A stretch of DNA of 64,000 nt from Strigamia acuminata (Eukaryota): the NCBI GenBank assembly GCA_949358305.1, contig OX442314.1, positions 9,920,001 through 9,984,000 on the forward strand, read 5' to 3'. A program made the position numbers and the translations under genes. Shown here in pieces: positions 1 to 11,411 of the stretch. Position 1 is the first letter of the stretch. Every line of letters begins with the position of its first letter. The notes beneath the pieces were generated by a model. That model had not been told where the DNA came from. It ran no database searches and saw only the letters and a program-made list of their open reading frames with translations.

Positions 1-1279
1 AAGGCGGGTCCTGTACCACGGCGACGTCATTAATCGTGGTCCTCATTCTTCCAATCTGCACGTTCAGATCTACATGGCCCAATACTTGTTTGTCGCCATT
101 TGCGGTTTTGAAGTATTCCTTCTCCAAATTTGGCCGGATCTCGACGGTATCGCCAATGTATACCTGGTCCACGGATGAACAATTTGCCCCGCAATCAATC
201 AGGGCCTCCACCTGTCCCCCGAGCTCAGCTGACTGACAATCAACAACCACCAGATTCGATTCCGGACACTTTGTCCTGACCATGCAAATGTTCACCTTTC
301 CAGTGGCGCTTTTCTGTTGCTTCTTCGCCTCTTCGTCCTTCTGTTCGGGTTTCTTCGCCTTCGTGCAGTCGAATGAGCAGTGCCCAATCTCATTGCACCG
401 CCAACACTGCATCTTCGACATATCCATTCCCTTTTTGTATGTTGTATCGTCACGTGGCGTCCTAATTCGGGTCTCGAGCTTGGCTTTCCCAGCCTCCTTT
501 GGTGTCGTCCTCGGTGGTGATCCACTGGCCTCTCTGTTCCGGTCAATTTCGCGTCCCTTCCTAATTAATTCAATAAAAGAGTCAAATTTTGCCATACGAA
601 ATAAATCACGAGTATGCAAATCGCGAACTCCCTCTACTGTGACATTTATCGTGTCATCCTTCGAAAAACTGAACGCCTTCTTTGTTGTCTCGATCAGTGC
701 AATTTTTGCGGCAAAATATGTGGCGAGGGACTCGTTCTCCAGCTGCTTTCTTGCAGCGATTCGCTGCCTCCACCTGTCATAGGTGTCGACGTCCAAAAAA
801 TAGTCCCTAATTGACGCCACCCACTCCGACCACAAAACGAATTTTTTCCCAAAAATGTCATACCAATACAGAGCTTCCTCCTTCAATTGTCCGTTTGCCA
901 CCGCAATTTTCGCGTGCTCGGTCCATTTTCCCAACGTGGCCGCACGCTCGACGCACTCGATAAAATGTTCAACGTTCTCGTCACGTTTTCCCTTGAACAC
1001 GGGCACTCCCTTCGTCGTGTCCACCTCATGCTGCACTTTGATCTGTCCGGCGAGTCCCGCCGCAGTCGCCACAATGGCCGACTGGGTTGACCCGGGGTTG
1101 ACCTTGGCTGTATCTTTTGCCACATTGTCCGCCAAAATTGTGGCCAAAAATTCGCTCTTCTTTTTGCAGTTGGTTACGTCGATTCCCCGTAACAAACACT
1201 CGTCGCGAATGTTTTCGCACGTTAAAAGGTCCAAAACCGGCTCGCAAATCGAAGTTAACACACCTTTCATATCCGCCAT
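1..1279 (-). CDS. gag-pol: gag-protease part of a gypsy polyprotein (runs off the window, so absent from the ORF track)
   Basis: My translation from ATG 1279 (MADMKGVLTSICE...) contains zinc knuckle CWRCNEIGHCSFDC and aspartic protease motif ALIDCGANCS in one frame. Confidence 0.88.
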   Translation of the reverse strand, partial: MADMKGVLTSICEPVLDLLTCENIRDECLLRGIDVTNCKKKSEFLATILADNVAKDTAKVNPGSTQSAIVATAAGLAGQIKVQHEVDTTKGVPVFKGKRDENVEHFIECVERAATLGKWTEHAKIAVANGQLKEEALYWYDIFGKKFVLWSEWVASIRDYFLDVDTYDRWRQRIAARKQLENESLATYFAAKIALIETTKKAFSFSKDDTINVTVEGVRDLHTRDLFRMAKFDSFIELIRKGREIDRNREASGSPPRTTPKEAGKAKLETRIRTPRDDTTYKKGMDMSKMQCWRCNEIGHCSFDCTKAKKPEQKDEEAKKQQKSATGKVNICMVRTKCPESNLVVVDCQSAELGGQVEALIDCGANCSSVDQVYIGDTVEIRPNLEKEYFKTANGDKQVLGHVDLNVQIGRMRTTINDVAVVQDPP

Positions 1280-1423
1280 TTTATTTCGTGAGTTCCTTTC
1301 CTTCACACACACCGCACGAGTGTCCTTTCACTTTTATCGCTGTACAGATGTCCGTCTGATCGCGAAGCGAGCGAAATCTTACACGTCTCTTCACGTATCG
1401 GCGACGTTATCCCGGCTCAACGT

Positions 1424-1436
1424 GTCGACTGCGCCA
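1424..1436 (-). promoter_or_regulatory. Primer-binding site (tRNA-Ser-like)
   Basis: Minus strand TGGCGCAGTCGAC directly after the LTR-terminal CA. Confidence 0.75.
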
Positions 1437-1729
1437 TGTCGGATATGTGAAGTTCAACGAGAAAGCAATTAACGACTCTCTTGGTTCAAGTGTTGTACAA
1501 AACTGTTTAATCATCTCAAAAACTACAAAAATGTAAACAAAACGAATCAGCTGGTGATGAGACGACTTCTACTATTGGCCCGGCATATGACGTCATCGGC
1601 CAGCACCGGCAGGTGCGCCAGGTGGCAAACACGCGCGACACACGCCAAAACGTCACACGCGCATCACACACGACGCGCAACGGCCGGCACGCGCACGCGA
1701 CGCGAACGTGAGGTAGTCCAAACCTCACA
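1437..1729 (-). repeat. Full LTR (293 bp) shared between two tandem units
   Basis: Minus strand TGTGAGG...CCGACA; preceded by purine tract (AGGGGGGGCG), followed by PBS. Confidence 0.88.
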
Positions 1730-3443
1730 CGCCCCCCCTAGGGGAGGTGATGGCCCCCATCACAGCTTCCTCTCCGCTGAACCTTTTTAATTGGGCGCCG
1801 TGTGCCTTCCATGTTCGTCCATCATCACCTGATAAAATAAAAACTTCCGTCCCCAAACGCTCTACAATTGTGTAGGGGCCTTCATAAAGTGCGTCGGACT
1901 TCCTTTGCCGTTGTCCCTTCGTGAAAAGCACCCTGTCCCCCGTCTGCAGGCCGGACGCCTCTCTATTGCGGTCGAAACGGTCTTTGTGCGACCTTCCAGC
2001 CTCCTCCAGATTGCAAATCGCCTCCTCCCTATCTTCCCACAGCCTCTCGAGCCCCTCCGTCTGATCTTCCTCCTCAATTATTACCAACTCCTCCTTAAAA
2101 TCGGGTGTGTAGCCGTGCACCAGCTCGAACGGCGTGAACCGCGATGATGACTGCACCGTATTGATTATCGCCCATATCTGGTCTTGTAGATTCCTTGCCC
2201 ACTTCTCCAGCCCCCCCTCGGCCTTTCGCAACTTCTGGACAATCGTCTGCACCATTCGCTCGACTAAACCGTTGGAGGCGTGATGATATGGTGGGCAAAC
2301 CTCCACCTCCGCGCCCTCACCCTCCGCGAAATTCACGAACTCCTTGGCGACGAAAGAGGTTCCGGCATCTGTAATGATTTTTCTCGCGGGTCCGAAGCGT
2401 CCGAAGACATCTGTACTGACTTTCTCGACTGATGTTGCCGCCTTGGTGTTACGGACTGGCACTGCCACAACAAATTTGGAGAATAAATCGATTATTACCA
2501 ATATGAATAAATTTCCCCCACTGCATGGGTATGGACCGCCGTGATCAATCGCAATCGTGTGAAAAGGTCTGGGCGGGATAGGCCGGTTTGTCAGCAGACC
2601 CAACGGCTTTGCGGTTCTGTGATTTTGACGCTGGCACCCCTGACAACCACGCACGAAACTCTTAACGGCTCCCTGCATTCCCTTCCACCAATGTCTCCTT
2701 CTTAACCTCGACAATGTCTTGTAGGCGTCCGCGTGCCCACATGACTCGTGGACGGCCTTCATCAACCTTTCGGTCATGTTCCTCGGGACCACTATCTGTG
2801 AACATTTTCTATTTCGCCGCGTCTCCGCGTGAAGCAGCAGCCCTTCAACCACCTCGAACTCTGTTGGCAAATTTGCCACCTTCTCCCTGCAAAACGCGTC
2901 GTTTCCCTGTTCCTCCCTCAGTGTGCTGTCTCTCAATTTAATCATTGCCAGTGTCACCGCTACTTTAGACTCAATCGCACGAGAAAGGGCGTCCGGAATC
3001 TCGTTTTCCTTCCCCTTCTTGTGCTTCATTGTGAAATTGAACTCTTGCAAGTCCAAAATCCACCTCGCGTATTTTCTGTTTAAATCCGTCTTGGCCAGCA
3101 TATGGGCCACTGCCCAGTTGTCTGTGAACAGCACGAACTTTATCCCCAATAAGTATGAGCGGAACTTCTCAGTGATTGCCCAGTGGACGGCGAGGCACTC
3201 CAGCTCGTTTGAATGGGCTGCGGCGTACGACTGCGGTATTCCTCTCGACGCAAAAGCGATGGTAACCCATTCTCCGTCCTGCCGCTGCTGGAGAGTAGCG
3301 CCCAAGCCGTCGTGGCTTGCGTCCACACTCACGCACGTCTCGGCCTCGCGTTGAAAATGGGCAAGCCAATCGCACGCCTTCAGTTCCTCACAAATCGCCT
3401 CCACTGAGACGACTTCTACTATTGGCCCGGCATCTGACGTCAT
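1725..3443 (-). CDS. pol: Truncated pol: RNase H + integrase, fused in frame to LTR sequence
   Basis: RNase H motifs VDASHDGLGATLQQ, ELECLAV, FTDN, DALSR; integrase HHCC (HESCGH...CQGC), IAID/ITDAG/GLVER catalytic residues, YEGPY (GPY/F) motif; RT absent. Confidence 0.9.
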   Translation of the reverse strand: MTSDAGPIVEVVSVEAICEELKACDWLAHFQREAETCVSVDASHDGLGATLQQRQDGEWVTIAFASRGIPQSYAAAHSNELECLAVHWAITEKFRSYLLGIKFVLFTDNWAVAHMLAKTDLNRKYARWILDLQEFNFTMKHKKGKENEIPDALSRAIESKVAVTLAMIKLRDSTLREEQGNDAFCREKVANLPTEFEVVEGLLLHAETRRNRKCSQIVVPRNMTERLMKAVHESCGHADAYKTLSRLRRRHWWKGMQGAVKSFVRGCQGCQRQNHRTAKPLGLLTNRPIPPRPFHTIAIDHGGPYPCSGGNLFILVIIDLFSKFVVAVPVRNTKAATSVEKVSTDVFGRFGPARKIITDAGTSFVAKEFVNFAEGEGAEVEVCPPYHHASNGLVERMVQTIVQKLRKAEGGLEKWARNLQDQIWAIINTVQSSSRFTPFELVHGYTPDFKEELVIIEEEDQTEGLERLWEDREEAICNLEEAGRSHKDRFDRNREASGLQTGDRVLFTKGQRQRKSDALYEGPYTIVERLGTEVFILSGDDGRTWKAHGAQLKRFSGEEAVMGAITSPRGGV

Positions 3444-3576
3444 CGGCCAGCACCGGCAGGTGCGCCAGGTGGCAAACACGCGCGACACACGCCAAAACGT
3501 CACACGCGCATCACACACGACGCGCAACGGCCGGCACGCGCACGCGACGCGAACGTGAGGTAGTCCAAACCTCACA
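3405..3576 (-). repeat. Truncated LTR (first 172 bp)
   Basis: Near-identical to 1558-1729, joined directly to pol sequence. Confidence 0.9.
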
Positions 3577-4278
3577 GGTGTATAATCCCGGTCATAAAAA
3601 TTGTTGCCTATTTCCAGTGTTTTTATATTGCTCTTTTGTCTTATGACCCCTTTTAAGTTTCATCGGGTTTTCTCTTTACCCAGTTGCTATGTATTGTTTT
3701 TACTTTCTCTTGTTGCCAATGATGATGTATAGAGGCATGCTGGCATATACAGTAAGCTTATGTGCATGGATGTATGGTTTTTTTTGTTCCATGGTGTATG
3801 TAGGCAATATAAGGTATTAGAGTTAAAAATTCAGGCATTGGATCTTGACTTTCTTTGTTGCCAGAGCGAAAAGTTATTGCAGTTAATATGCTTTACAGGT
3901 AACTCTTCTTGGAGCTAACTTGTAAGCATCGGAGCATTAGGTCCATTCAATCCTCAAAAGACGAATTTACTTCTCCTTAAATCACTTAACAATAGCCAAT
4001 AGCAGGTGCAGAAGAGATGAGTCATTTGAGTAAGTCAACAAAGTGATTTCAATTTTACTTAATCTTAGTTTTCTTATTTGAATTCTTTCAAGTTGACTTC
4101 TCAGAGATATCATGTAAAAAAACGTCCTATCTTGTTTAGAGAAGACATTTTAGACGAATAAGTGAATTCGTCTTTTGAAGATTGAATGCACTTATGTAAA
4201 GAGTGACCCAGAGATTTTCAAAAGGTTTCTCTGGCTCACCCTGTATTAGCTGGATGTTCTGTTTTCTTCATGGTACTC

Positions 4279-4533
4279 TATACTCTAAACCGATACAACG
4301 TTGACCTAACTCCAGCTGTATCACTGGTGTAGTGGCACAAAAAAGTAGCCCATAACACCAGAATTGTAATCGAGCTCCAGACATTGTGATTGATTTCCAA
4401 CACTTGTTTCATTGTCGAAGGTGATGCTTTGAGACAGAACTACTTTTCCGCATAGTAGAGCACAGTCCACAGTTAGGCGTAATCCGGCTCAACCAATTGG
4501 AAATAGGTCAACGTTGTATCGGTTTAGAGTATA
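4279..4533. mobile_element. MITE with ~30-bp TIRs, TA-ended (Tc1/mariner-like)
   Basis: TATACTCTAAACCGATACAACGTTGACCTA ... TAGGTCAACGTTGTATCGGTTTAGAGTATA; degenerate partial copy near 37904-38052. Confidence 0.8.
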
Positions 4534-5386
4534 TACTTCTGTGCAAATGTAAGGCCGGTTTTATCCAAAAACTCCGTCTTGCAAGGAGCATATTTGTACG
4601 GCTTTGAAGGAATCTGAAACATTGGAGGCTTGATGGCTTCAAATGAGTATATCCATCTCAAACTCTGAATAATCATTATGAATGTGCCAGAACACTCTTT
4701 GGAGATTTTTACTGGATAGACAAACACATTACAATCTTAATCACTCTTCTGTTTTAAGTAGTTGTGCAGATGCTAAATTTTTGTTAGCTGTCTCTTTGGG
4801 TTGTAGTAGGGATTTTTCTAATTGTGTCTCGCAGCACGTAGTAATGCAGAATGTTTTAACTCCGCAAACTCGTAGAGGCTTAATATGAGCTAGAACATAT
4901 ACATTGAAGATAACCACCTACGACTATGGAGCCATTTAAAGGTGACAGTGACGAGTAAATATTTTCCTCAAGTGAGGACAAACCAACACAATTCTGCTGC
5001 CTGTAAATGAAGATTGCACTTTTTTCTCCTGAGCTGTATGATCTTCTTCACCTTTGATATTTGGTACAGAATCATTGTAGCTGCACTAAAACTTGAATAG
5101 AGAATAAAACATTGTATTGACAACAAGAAAATTAAATGCACACATGCTAATTAAGTCATTCTTTCAACTTGGATTCCTTAATCCTTTTGACTATGAACAG
5201 GTTTATTGTCAGGATTATTTTTCACTGATATTTTTTACCTGTAATGTGGTTTATGAGTGGAAAACTTATTATTGTTGGCTGTTATTGCACAAAATGAAGA
5301 GGCATTTGGTTCAGAAAAGGAACATTAAGGTATTTAATAATGTGAAAAGAAGTAACAACTTACAAAGCAATCTTGGAAGCCCTAGG

Positions 5387-5582
5387 TAGTGGTTGGCTGA
5401 GATAGTGTAGTGATAAGGGAAAAGTGCAACTGGCAAAAACTTAATAGAGAGTTTGCGGGATGCATTTTTTCCGAAAAGTTAAAGACTATACGGTATAAAA
5501 ATAGTGTAAGGGAAAAATGATAAATTAAGTTTTTGCGGGTTGCACTTTTCCCTTATCACTACACTATTTCAGCCAACTACTA
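5387..5582. mobile_element. MITE with ~50-bp TIRs; related fragment at ~6229-6365
   Basis: GTTGGCTGAGATAGTGTAGTGATAAGGGAAAAGTGCAAC and its near reverse complement at ~5539-5582. Confidence 0.7.
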
Positions 5583-5753
5583 ACAGTTAGTAATTTTGGG
5601 CCTAAAAATTTAATTTGGGGACGTAAATGTGCAAATTTCTGCATAAAATTCCATTATTATATCTATAAAGTATGGTTTTGGGCCTAAAATTCAATTTTGG
5701 GCCTCAATTATCATTCAATCTATGTACCTATGACTGATGTGTTTGATCGGGAC

Positions 5754-6091
5754 CGGGTCAGATCGTTTAGTCGACGATCGTTTAGTCGACAGTCGCGCAA
5801 AATCGATCATCTTGTCGACCAGCCGTTTTGTCGACAAGTCGTTTAGTCGAATAGCTGAATAGTTCTGCAGTGGTAGAAAATCACACTTAGTCTCAACTAA
5901 TCACTAGCTACATTCGTTTGATTACAGTTTTCACTTAGTCGACGCTGTTTAGTCGACGCCGTTTAGTCGACGCCGTTTAGTCGACAAGGTCACTTAGTCG
6001 ACAATACTCGTCGACTAAGTGACCTTGTCGACTAAACGGCGTCGACTAAACGGCGTCGACTAAGTGAAAGTCGACTAAACAACCCGGCTTC
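5754..6091. mobile_element. Foldback MITE built of TTTAGTCGAC units, 8-bp flanking direct repeat
   Basis: ATCGGGAC at 5746-5753 and 6092-6099; internal palindrome ~5930-6068. Confidence 0.65.
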
Positions 6092-7210
6092 ATCGGGACA
6101 ACAAAATAATCGCCATTTGCAATGGACGGAGCTAACAATATAGTGTTCTCAATTCTGATTGGCTGCGCTATATTTTAATTAAGTGTTGAAAACGACACAC
6201 TAAAGATTTTTCCCTTACGATATGGTACTGAAATAGTGTAAGGTGGCAGAAAATAAGAGAAAAATGCATCCTGCAAACTCTCTAATTTATCATTTTTCCC
6301 TTACACTATTTTTATACCGTATAGTCTTAAACCGTAAGGGAAAAATGCATCCCGCAAACTCTCTAATAAAAAACGTACAAATCACGATGCGACTCGTAAT
6401 GATGAAATCTCGTTTTGCCGAGATCTCCGAGACCGAGATTACGAGACGAGCGAGATCTGGAAGTGTTGTTCGGGATATACAGCTACGCACACCTATCAGT
6501 TGAATTGACGGCTCAAATTCAGTCGCGTTTTTTAATATCCTGCAAAAATAACTTGGTTGAAGTTTGCAAACTCAATTTGGGCCTTTGACTGCTGTCATCA
6601 TGGATAACAATTTGATTAGGTGAGCCGCTTCTACCTTCCTCCTCCTGACATTCTTCGATCTGGACATAGCGAGCAGGCGGGAAATTGATTTAGTGGAATT
6701 TGAAAAATTTTAATAACAATAGGATAAAAAAATTGGATGCAATTTAAATTTTCAGATATTCCAAATATTCATTCAGGGCTCTGGATTTGATTGAAACTCG
6801 CCATTAATTCCGACAATGAGCGCAAACAAATGGAAAAAGGGAGAGATGGAAAGGAATACAATTTGTTGTTGGGTGGATGGATGAATGAGGAGAATTGAAT
6901 TTGGGTAAGTTTAAAACCTGAGGCGATGACCTGCCTTTTTCCCTTTTCCGCTGCTTATTGGGCCGAATTCCTCACATCCTTTAATGGCATTTGAGATGCT
7001 CAGCCACGTCTTTGCGCCCTCTAACGCCAGAATCTTTTTTTTTTTATTTTTTTTTTTTTTGCGTCTTATTCGAAAAATCCATTTCTCTTTTCGGTTGTGG
7101 TATTGACAAATTTGGCTTTTAAATTTGAAGAAAAAAATTGCTTTTGTGTTTGTGAGGTTATAGTCAATCAATGAAATGTGTGAATTGGTTCCAGGTTGTG
7201 CTTGTAGCAA

Positions 7211-7244
7211 ATGTGTTTGTGTGGGGGCAAATCCGAAGGGTGTG
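7211..7244 (+). CDS. Candidate alternative first coding segment of ASPP (MCLCGGKSEGC-G)
   Basis: ATG ... G|GTAAGG donor in phase 1, matching the phase-1 acceptor at 10150. Confidence 0.35.
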
Positions 7245-7259
7245 GTAAGGATATTTGGA

Positions 7260-8020
7260 TGGATTTCAGTAAATTTACGTGGTTTTTAAGGGATTTCAAG
7301 GGATTTTAGGGGATTTTAAAGGATTTTCGTGAATTTTAGAGGATTTAGAAGTATTTTCTTAATTTTCAGAGGATTTGCTTGAATTTTAGAGGATTTTCTT
7401 GAATTTTAGAGGATTCACTTGGATTTTAAAAGGATTTACTTGAATTTCAAAAGGATTTACTTGAATTTCAAAAGGATTGACTTGGAAAGTTGGATTTTAA
7501 AGGATTTTTAAAAGGATTCACTTGGCAAGTTGGATTTTAAAGGATTTTTAAAAGGATTCACTTGGCAAGTTGGATTTTAAAGGATTTTTAAAAGGATTTA
7601 CTTGGCAAGTTGGATTTTAAAGGATTTTTAAAAGGATTCACTTGGAAAGTTGAATTTTAAAGGATTTCAAAGGATTTTCTTGGATTTCAAAGGATTTTTT
7701 TGGATTTTATAGGATTTTCTTAGATTCCAAAGGATTCTCTTGGATTTCAAAACCATTCACTTGGATTTCAAAGGATTTTCTTAAATTTCAAAGGATTTTC
7801 TTGAATTTTAAAGGATTTTCTTGAATTTCAAAGAATTTTCTTGGATTTCAAAGGATTTTCTTAGATTCCAAAGGATTCTCTTAAATTTCAAAAGGATTCT
7901 CATGTATTTTAAAAGGATTTTCTTAGATTTTAATGGATATTCTTGAATTTTAATGGATTTTTTTTGGATTTCAATGAATTTTAATGGATTTTTTTTGGAT
8001 TTCAATGAATTTTTTTGGAT
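7260..8020. repeat. Degenerate minisatellite (AAAGGATTTTCTTGGATTTC-like)
   Basis: Visible ~20/40-bp tandem periodicity. Confidence 0.85.
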
Positions 8021-9049
8021 GTCAGTTTATAATTTACAGTTTAGTTTTGAATTTTTCAAGAAAATGCAGTTTTACTGCCATCTAACTTGGGTGGCAGCCA
8101 TTTTGAACTCAGATGTAAAACCGAAAACCAGCTTACACAAACCACCTTCTTTCTTTATTCACTTTTCGCTGATGGTTTGTAACGCTGTTTTCCGTCTCCA
8201 TTCAGTCTACAAAACCACAAATAAAAAAAAACCCAACACAACCAAAAACAACGAACGGATCTCAAGGAATGTTTCTTTCGCTTTCTCCATTTTCCTTGCG
8301 TGGAATGTTCGCCGTGAACCACACCGAAAGCCGAAACAATCAACTCTTATTTATTGGAAACGAGGCAGACCTGTCAGCTAACTAACAGGAAGCGAGTTCA
8401 TAAGTTTACACTGCGCATTACTTCCTGCGTTGACAGTTCGAGCTTGATGTCAAGTGCACCGTATAATTTCATTACACCAATCGCACAAACAGAAATTCTA
8501 CTCCCATAATAATAATAATTGTTTTGCTCGATTGTGTGAACTACTCAGGGAATTTCGTGCTTGTCGTGCATAATAATATCAATCTTTGAGGAAATATTTT
8601 TTTTGTGGGAATTCTGTTGGTTTTTCTCGGTGTGTTTACATGAGTGGATTTGGTTGTCACCCATGATTTATTATCATTTTAAGTGAATGAGGTTTTTTAT
8701 TCGGTGAAGTGTGAGTTTTTAATGGTTATTGATGGGTGTAGATGATGGGGGGACAGGAATTTGGAATATTTGGAAGCATCCGGTGATGTTGTTTTAATGA
8801 TTTTGGAAGATTTTTGGGGGTTTGAAGGGAAAGTGACGTGACAGGTTGATGTTAAATTTTGCGCTCGGTGGACGAGCTGGAGGTCTGTGGAGGACTGGGA
8901 AAGGTTTTAATTGGTTTTTTTGAGCAATTTGAGGGATTTTTTCGCACTATCGTACACCCGAATGTATATCTTTTTGTACCATTTTGTTGGAGATGAAGGT
9001 TTGTTTATCGTGATTTTGTGAGGTGAATGTTTTACCTGGGTGTTGTACC

Positions 9050-9690
9050 ATTTTACATTTTTTTACCTTATTTTACATCAATTTTACATCAATTTTTACA
9101 CCATTTTACATCAATTTTTACACCATTTTACATCAATTTTTACACCATTTTACATCAATTTTTACATCAATTTTTACACCATTTTACATCATTTTGCATC
9201 ATTTTACACAATTTTACATCAATTTATACACCATCTTACACAATTTTACATCAATTTATACATCATTTTGCATCATTTTACACAATTTTACATTTTTTAC
9301 ATCAATTTTACATCAATTTTACACCATTTTGCATCAATGTTACATCAATGTTACATCAATTTTTACACCATTTTGCATCAATGTTACATCAATTTTTACA
9401 GCATCTTGCATCATTTTACACAATTTTACATCAATTATTACAGTATTTTACATCAATTATTACACCATTTTACATCAATTATTACACCATTTTACATCAA
9501 TTATTACACCATTTTACATCCAATATAACATCATTTTACATTCAATATAACACTTTTTTACATCAATTATTACACCAAATAACCACCTTTTTACATCAAT
9601 TATTACACCATTTTTCTTTTTTCTTCATTTTACATCATTTTACACAATTTTACATCAATTTTACACCAATTTTACATCATTTTGTCACAC
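9050..9690. repeat. Minisatellite (TTTTACATCAA / TTTTACACCA units)
   Basis: Tandem units; repetitive translations in three frames. Confidence 0.9.
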
Positions 9691-10149
9691 AGTTAATAAA
9701 AAAAACCATCAAAATTTCTCTTCCTAAAAATTAATTTCACGTCGAACAACAAAAATTCCCAACATTCAACTCTTAACCCTAAATCCCATTAAAAACGCAT
9801 TAAAAAAGAGAAATTTGCGCTTGATTTGTGTTGGGCTTCACCCTAAACCTTTCCGGCCTTGAGGCGTGCATACGTCACGTCACGCAGAGGTGGAGATTCA
9901 GGATTTTTTTTTTCTTCCCACTTTGTGGCAGTGCACCCACCTCACTCACCTGCCCCAATACCAAATAGCTAGGTGAGTGGTTCACGTCGTCACAGTTGTT
10001 CTGTTAGCGGCGCGTGTGGATTATCTTGTGCGCGAGAGACGGAATAATCTGTTTGTGGAGAATCCAGTGGGGGATGATTGATAATGTTGTGTTGAGAGAG
10101 AGAAATCAAAATGGAGTAATGTGAAACACAAACATCTTCTCTTCTGCAG

Positions 10150-10211
10150 GAGGACAGCAAAGAACCGCCATCAAGAATGGAATGAAGGAAACCAGAACGG
10201 CTGCCAACAAG
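10150..10211 (+). CDS. ASPP: Probable ASPP exon (GQQRTAIKNGMKETRTAANK), linker before the Gln-rich coiled coil
   Basis: CTTCTCTTCTGCAG acceptor, AAG|GTTAGT donor; phase 1 in, phase 0 out, matching exon 53871; resembles the KRNGVK-containing linker of vertebrate ASPP as I recall it. Confidence 0.6.
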
Positions 10212-10314
10212 GTTAGTTTGTTTAAAAGTTTACTTTTAGGGTTATTTTTTGGGGGATTGGATTGTTTTGTGTTGGTTTCGCCATGTTGGTTTTTTATTTT
10301 GGTTTTGGATGTGT

Positions 10315-11065
10315 GTTTTTTGGAAAATCGATTTTTGTGTTTTGGAAAAATCGATTTTTGTGTTTTGGAAAATCGATTTTTGTTTTTTGGAAAATCGATT
10401 TTTTTTTAAATCGATTTTTTGGTGGGTTTGGTTTGGTATCGATGTTTTTGGTTGGGAATGTGAATACATTGAAACGAATCGATATTTGTATAAATTTTTA
10501 AATTTTTTATCTTTTATTGATATTTCTATTATTTTCTCGAAATTTATCGATATTTCTATTATTTTCTCAAAATTTATCGATATTTCTATTATTTTCTCGA
10601 AATTTATCGATATTGCTATTATTTTATTCGCTATTTACCGATATTTGTATTGAGTCTCCTAAATATATCGACATTTCAATATTTTTCGATATTTACCGAT
10701 ATTTTTATTATTTACCCGAAATTTACCGATATTTTTATAATTGTTTTCGATATTTACCGATATTTCTATTATTTTTTCCGATATTTACCGATATTTCAAT
10801 TTTTTCGCGATATTCACCGATATTTTTATTATTAACCCGAAATTTTCCGATATTTCTATTACTTTTTCCGATATTTACCGATATTTCTATTATTTTTCCG
10901 ATATTTACCGATATTTCTAATATTTTTTCATCATTATCGATATTTGTATGACTTTTCCTAAATTTATCGATTTTTGAATTTTTTCCGATATCTACCGATA
11001 TTTTTATTATTGACCCGAAATTTATCGATATTTCTATCATTTTTCTGACATTCATCGACATTTCC
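10315..11065. repeat. Minisatellites (GGAAAATCGATTTTT; TTTACCGATATTTC)
   Basis: Tandem units visible. Confidence 0.85.
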
Positions 11066-11374
11066 GAACAGAAATCAAGCCAAAATCATTTAAAAAATAA
11101 ATTTGCAAAAAAACTCGATATTCATTCGATATTTAACCAAATATCTGATTTACCCCACAACCAAACAAACGACAAATCGCGTATTCGATTCAACACATCG
11201 ATTACTCGCTATTGGGAAAACCGCATCGAAAGAATTTGTGATTGGAGTTAATGTGCAACAGGTGAAGTGGAGTTCTGGGGGTGAGCAGGGCGGCGTTTGG
11301 CATTCTTTTCATGACTCCACCACTCACCTCAACCTGCATTCAGCTCACGGCACTTGTTGGTGGTACCTCGAGTT

Positions 11375-11411
<37 letters not shown>

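Larger units (their letters stand above)
1..3576 (-). mobile_element. Ty3/gypsy LTR retrotransposon, tandem/rearranged (partial LTR - RNaseH/IN - PPT - full LTR - PBS - gag - protease, continues off the left edge)
   Basis: 172-bp direct repeat at 1558-1729 and 3405-3576 (1 mismatch seen); TG..CA LTR, PBS, PPT, gag CCHC knuckle, protease, RNase H then integrase (gypsy order). Confidence 0.93.

Noticed and set aside
36..1472. Plus-strand ORFs 36-236, 282-782 and 855-1472
   Set aside because: Antisense shadows of the gag-protease frame.
9023..9734. Overlapping 160-235-aa ORFs (also 10249-11061, 32529-33291, 42185-42705, 58449-58760, 63275-63634)
   Set aside because: Translations of stop-poor minisatellites.
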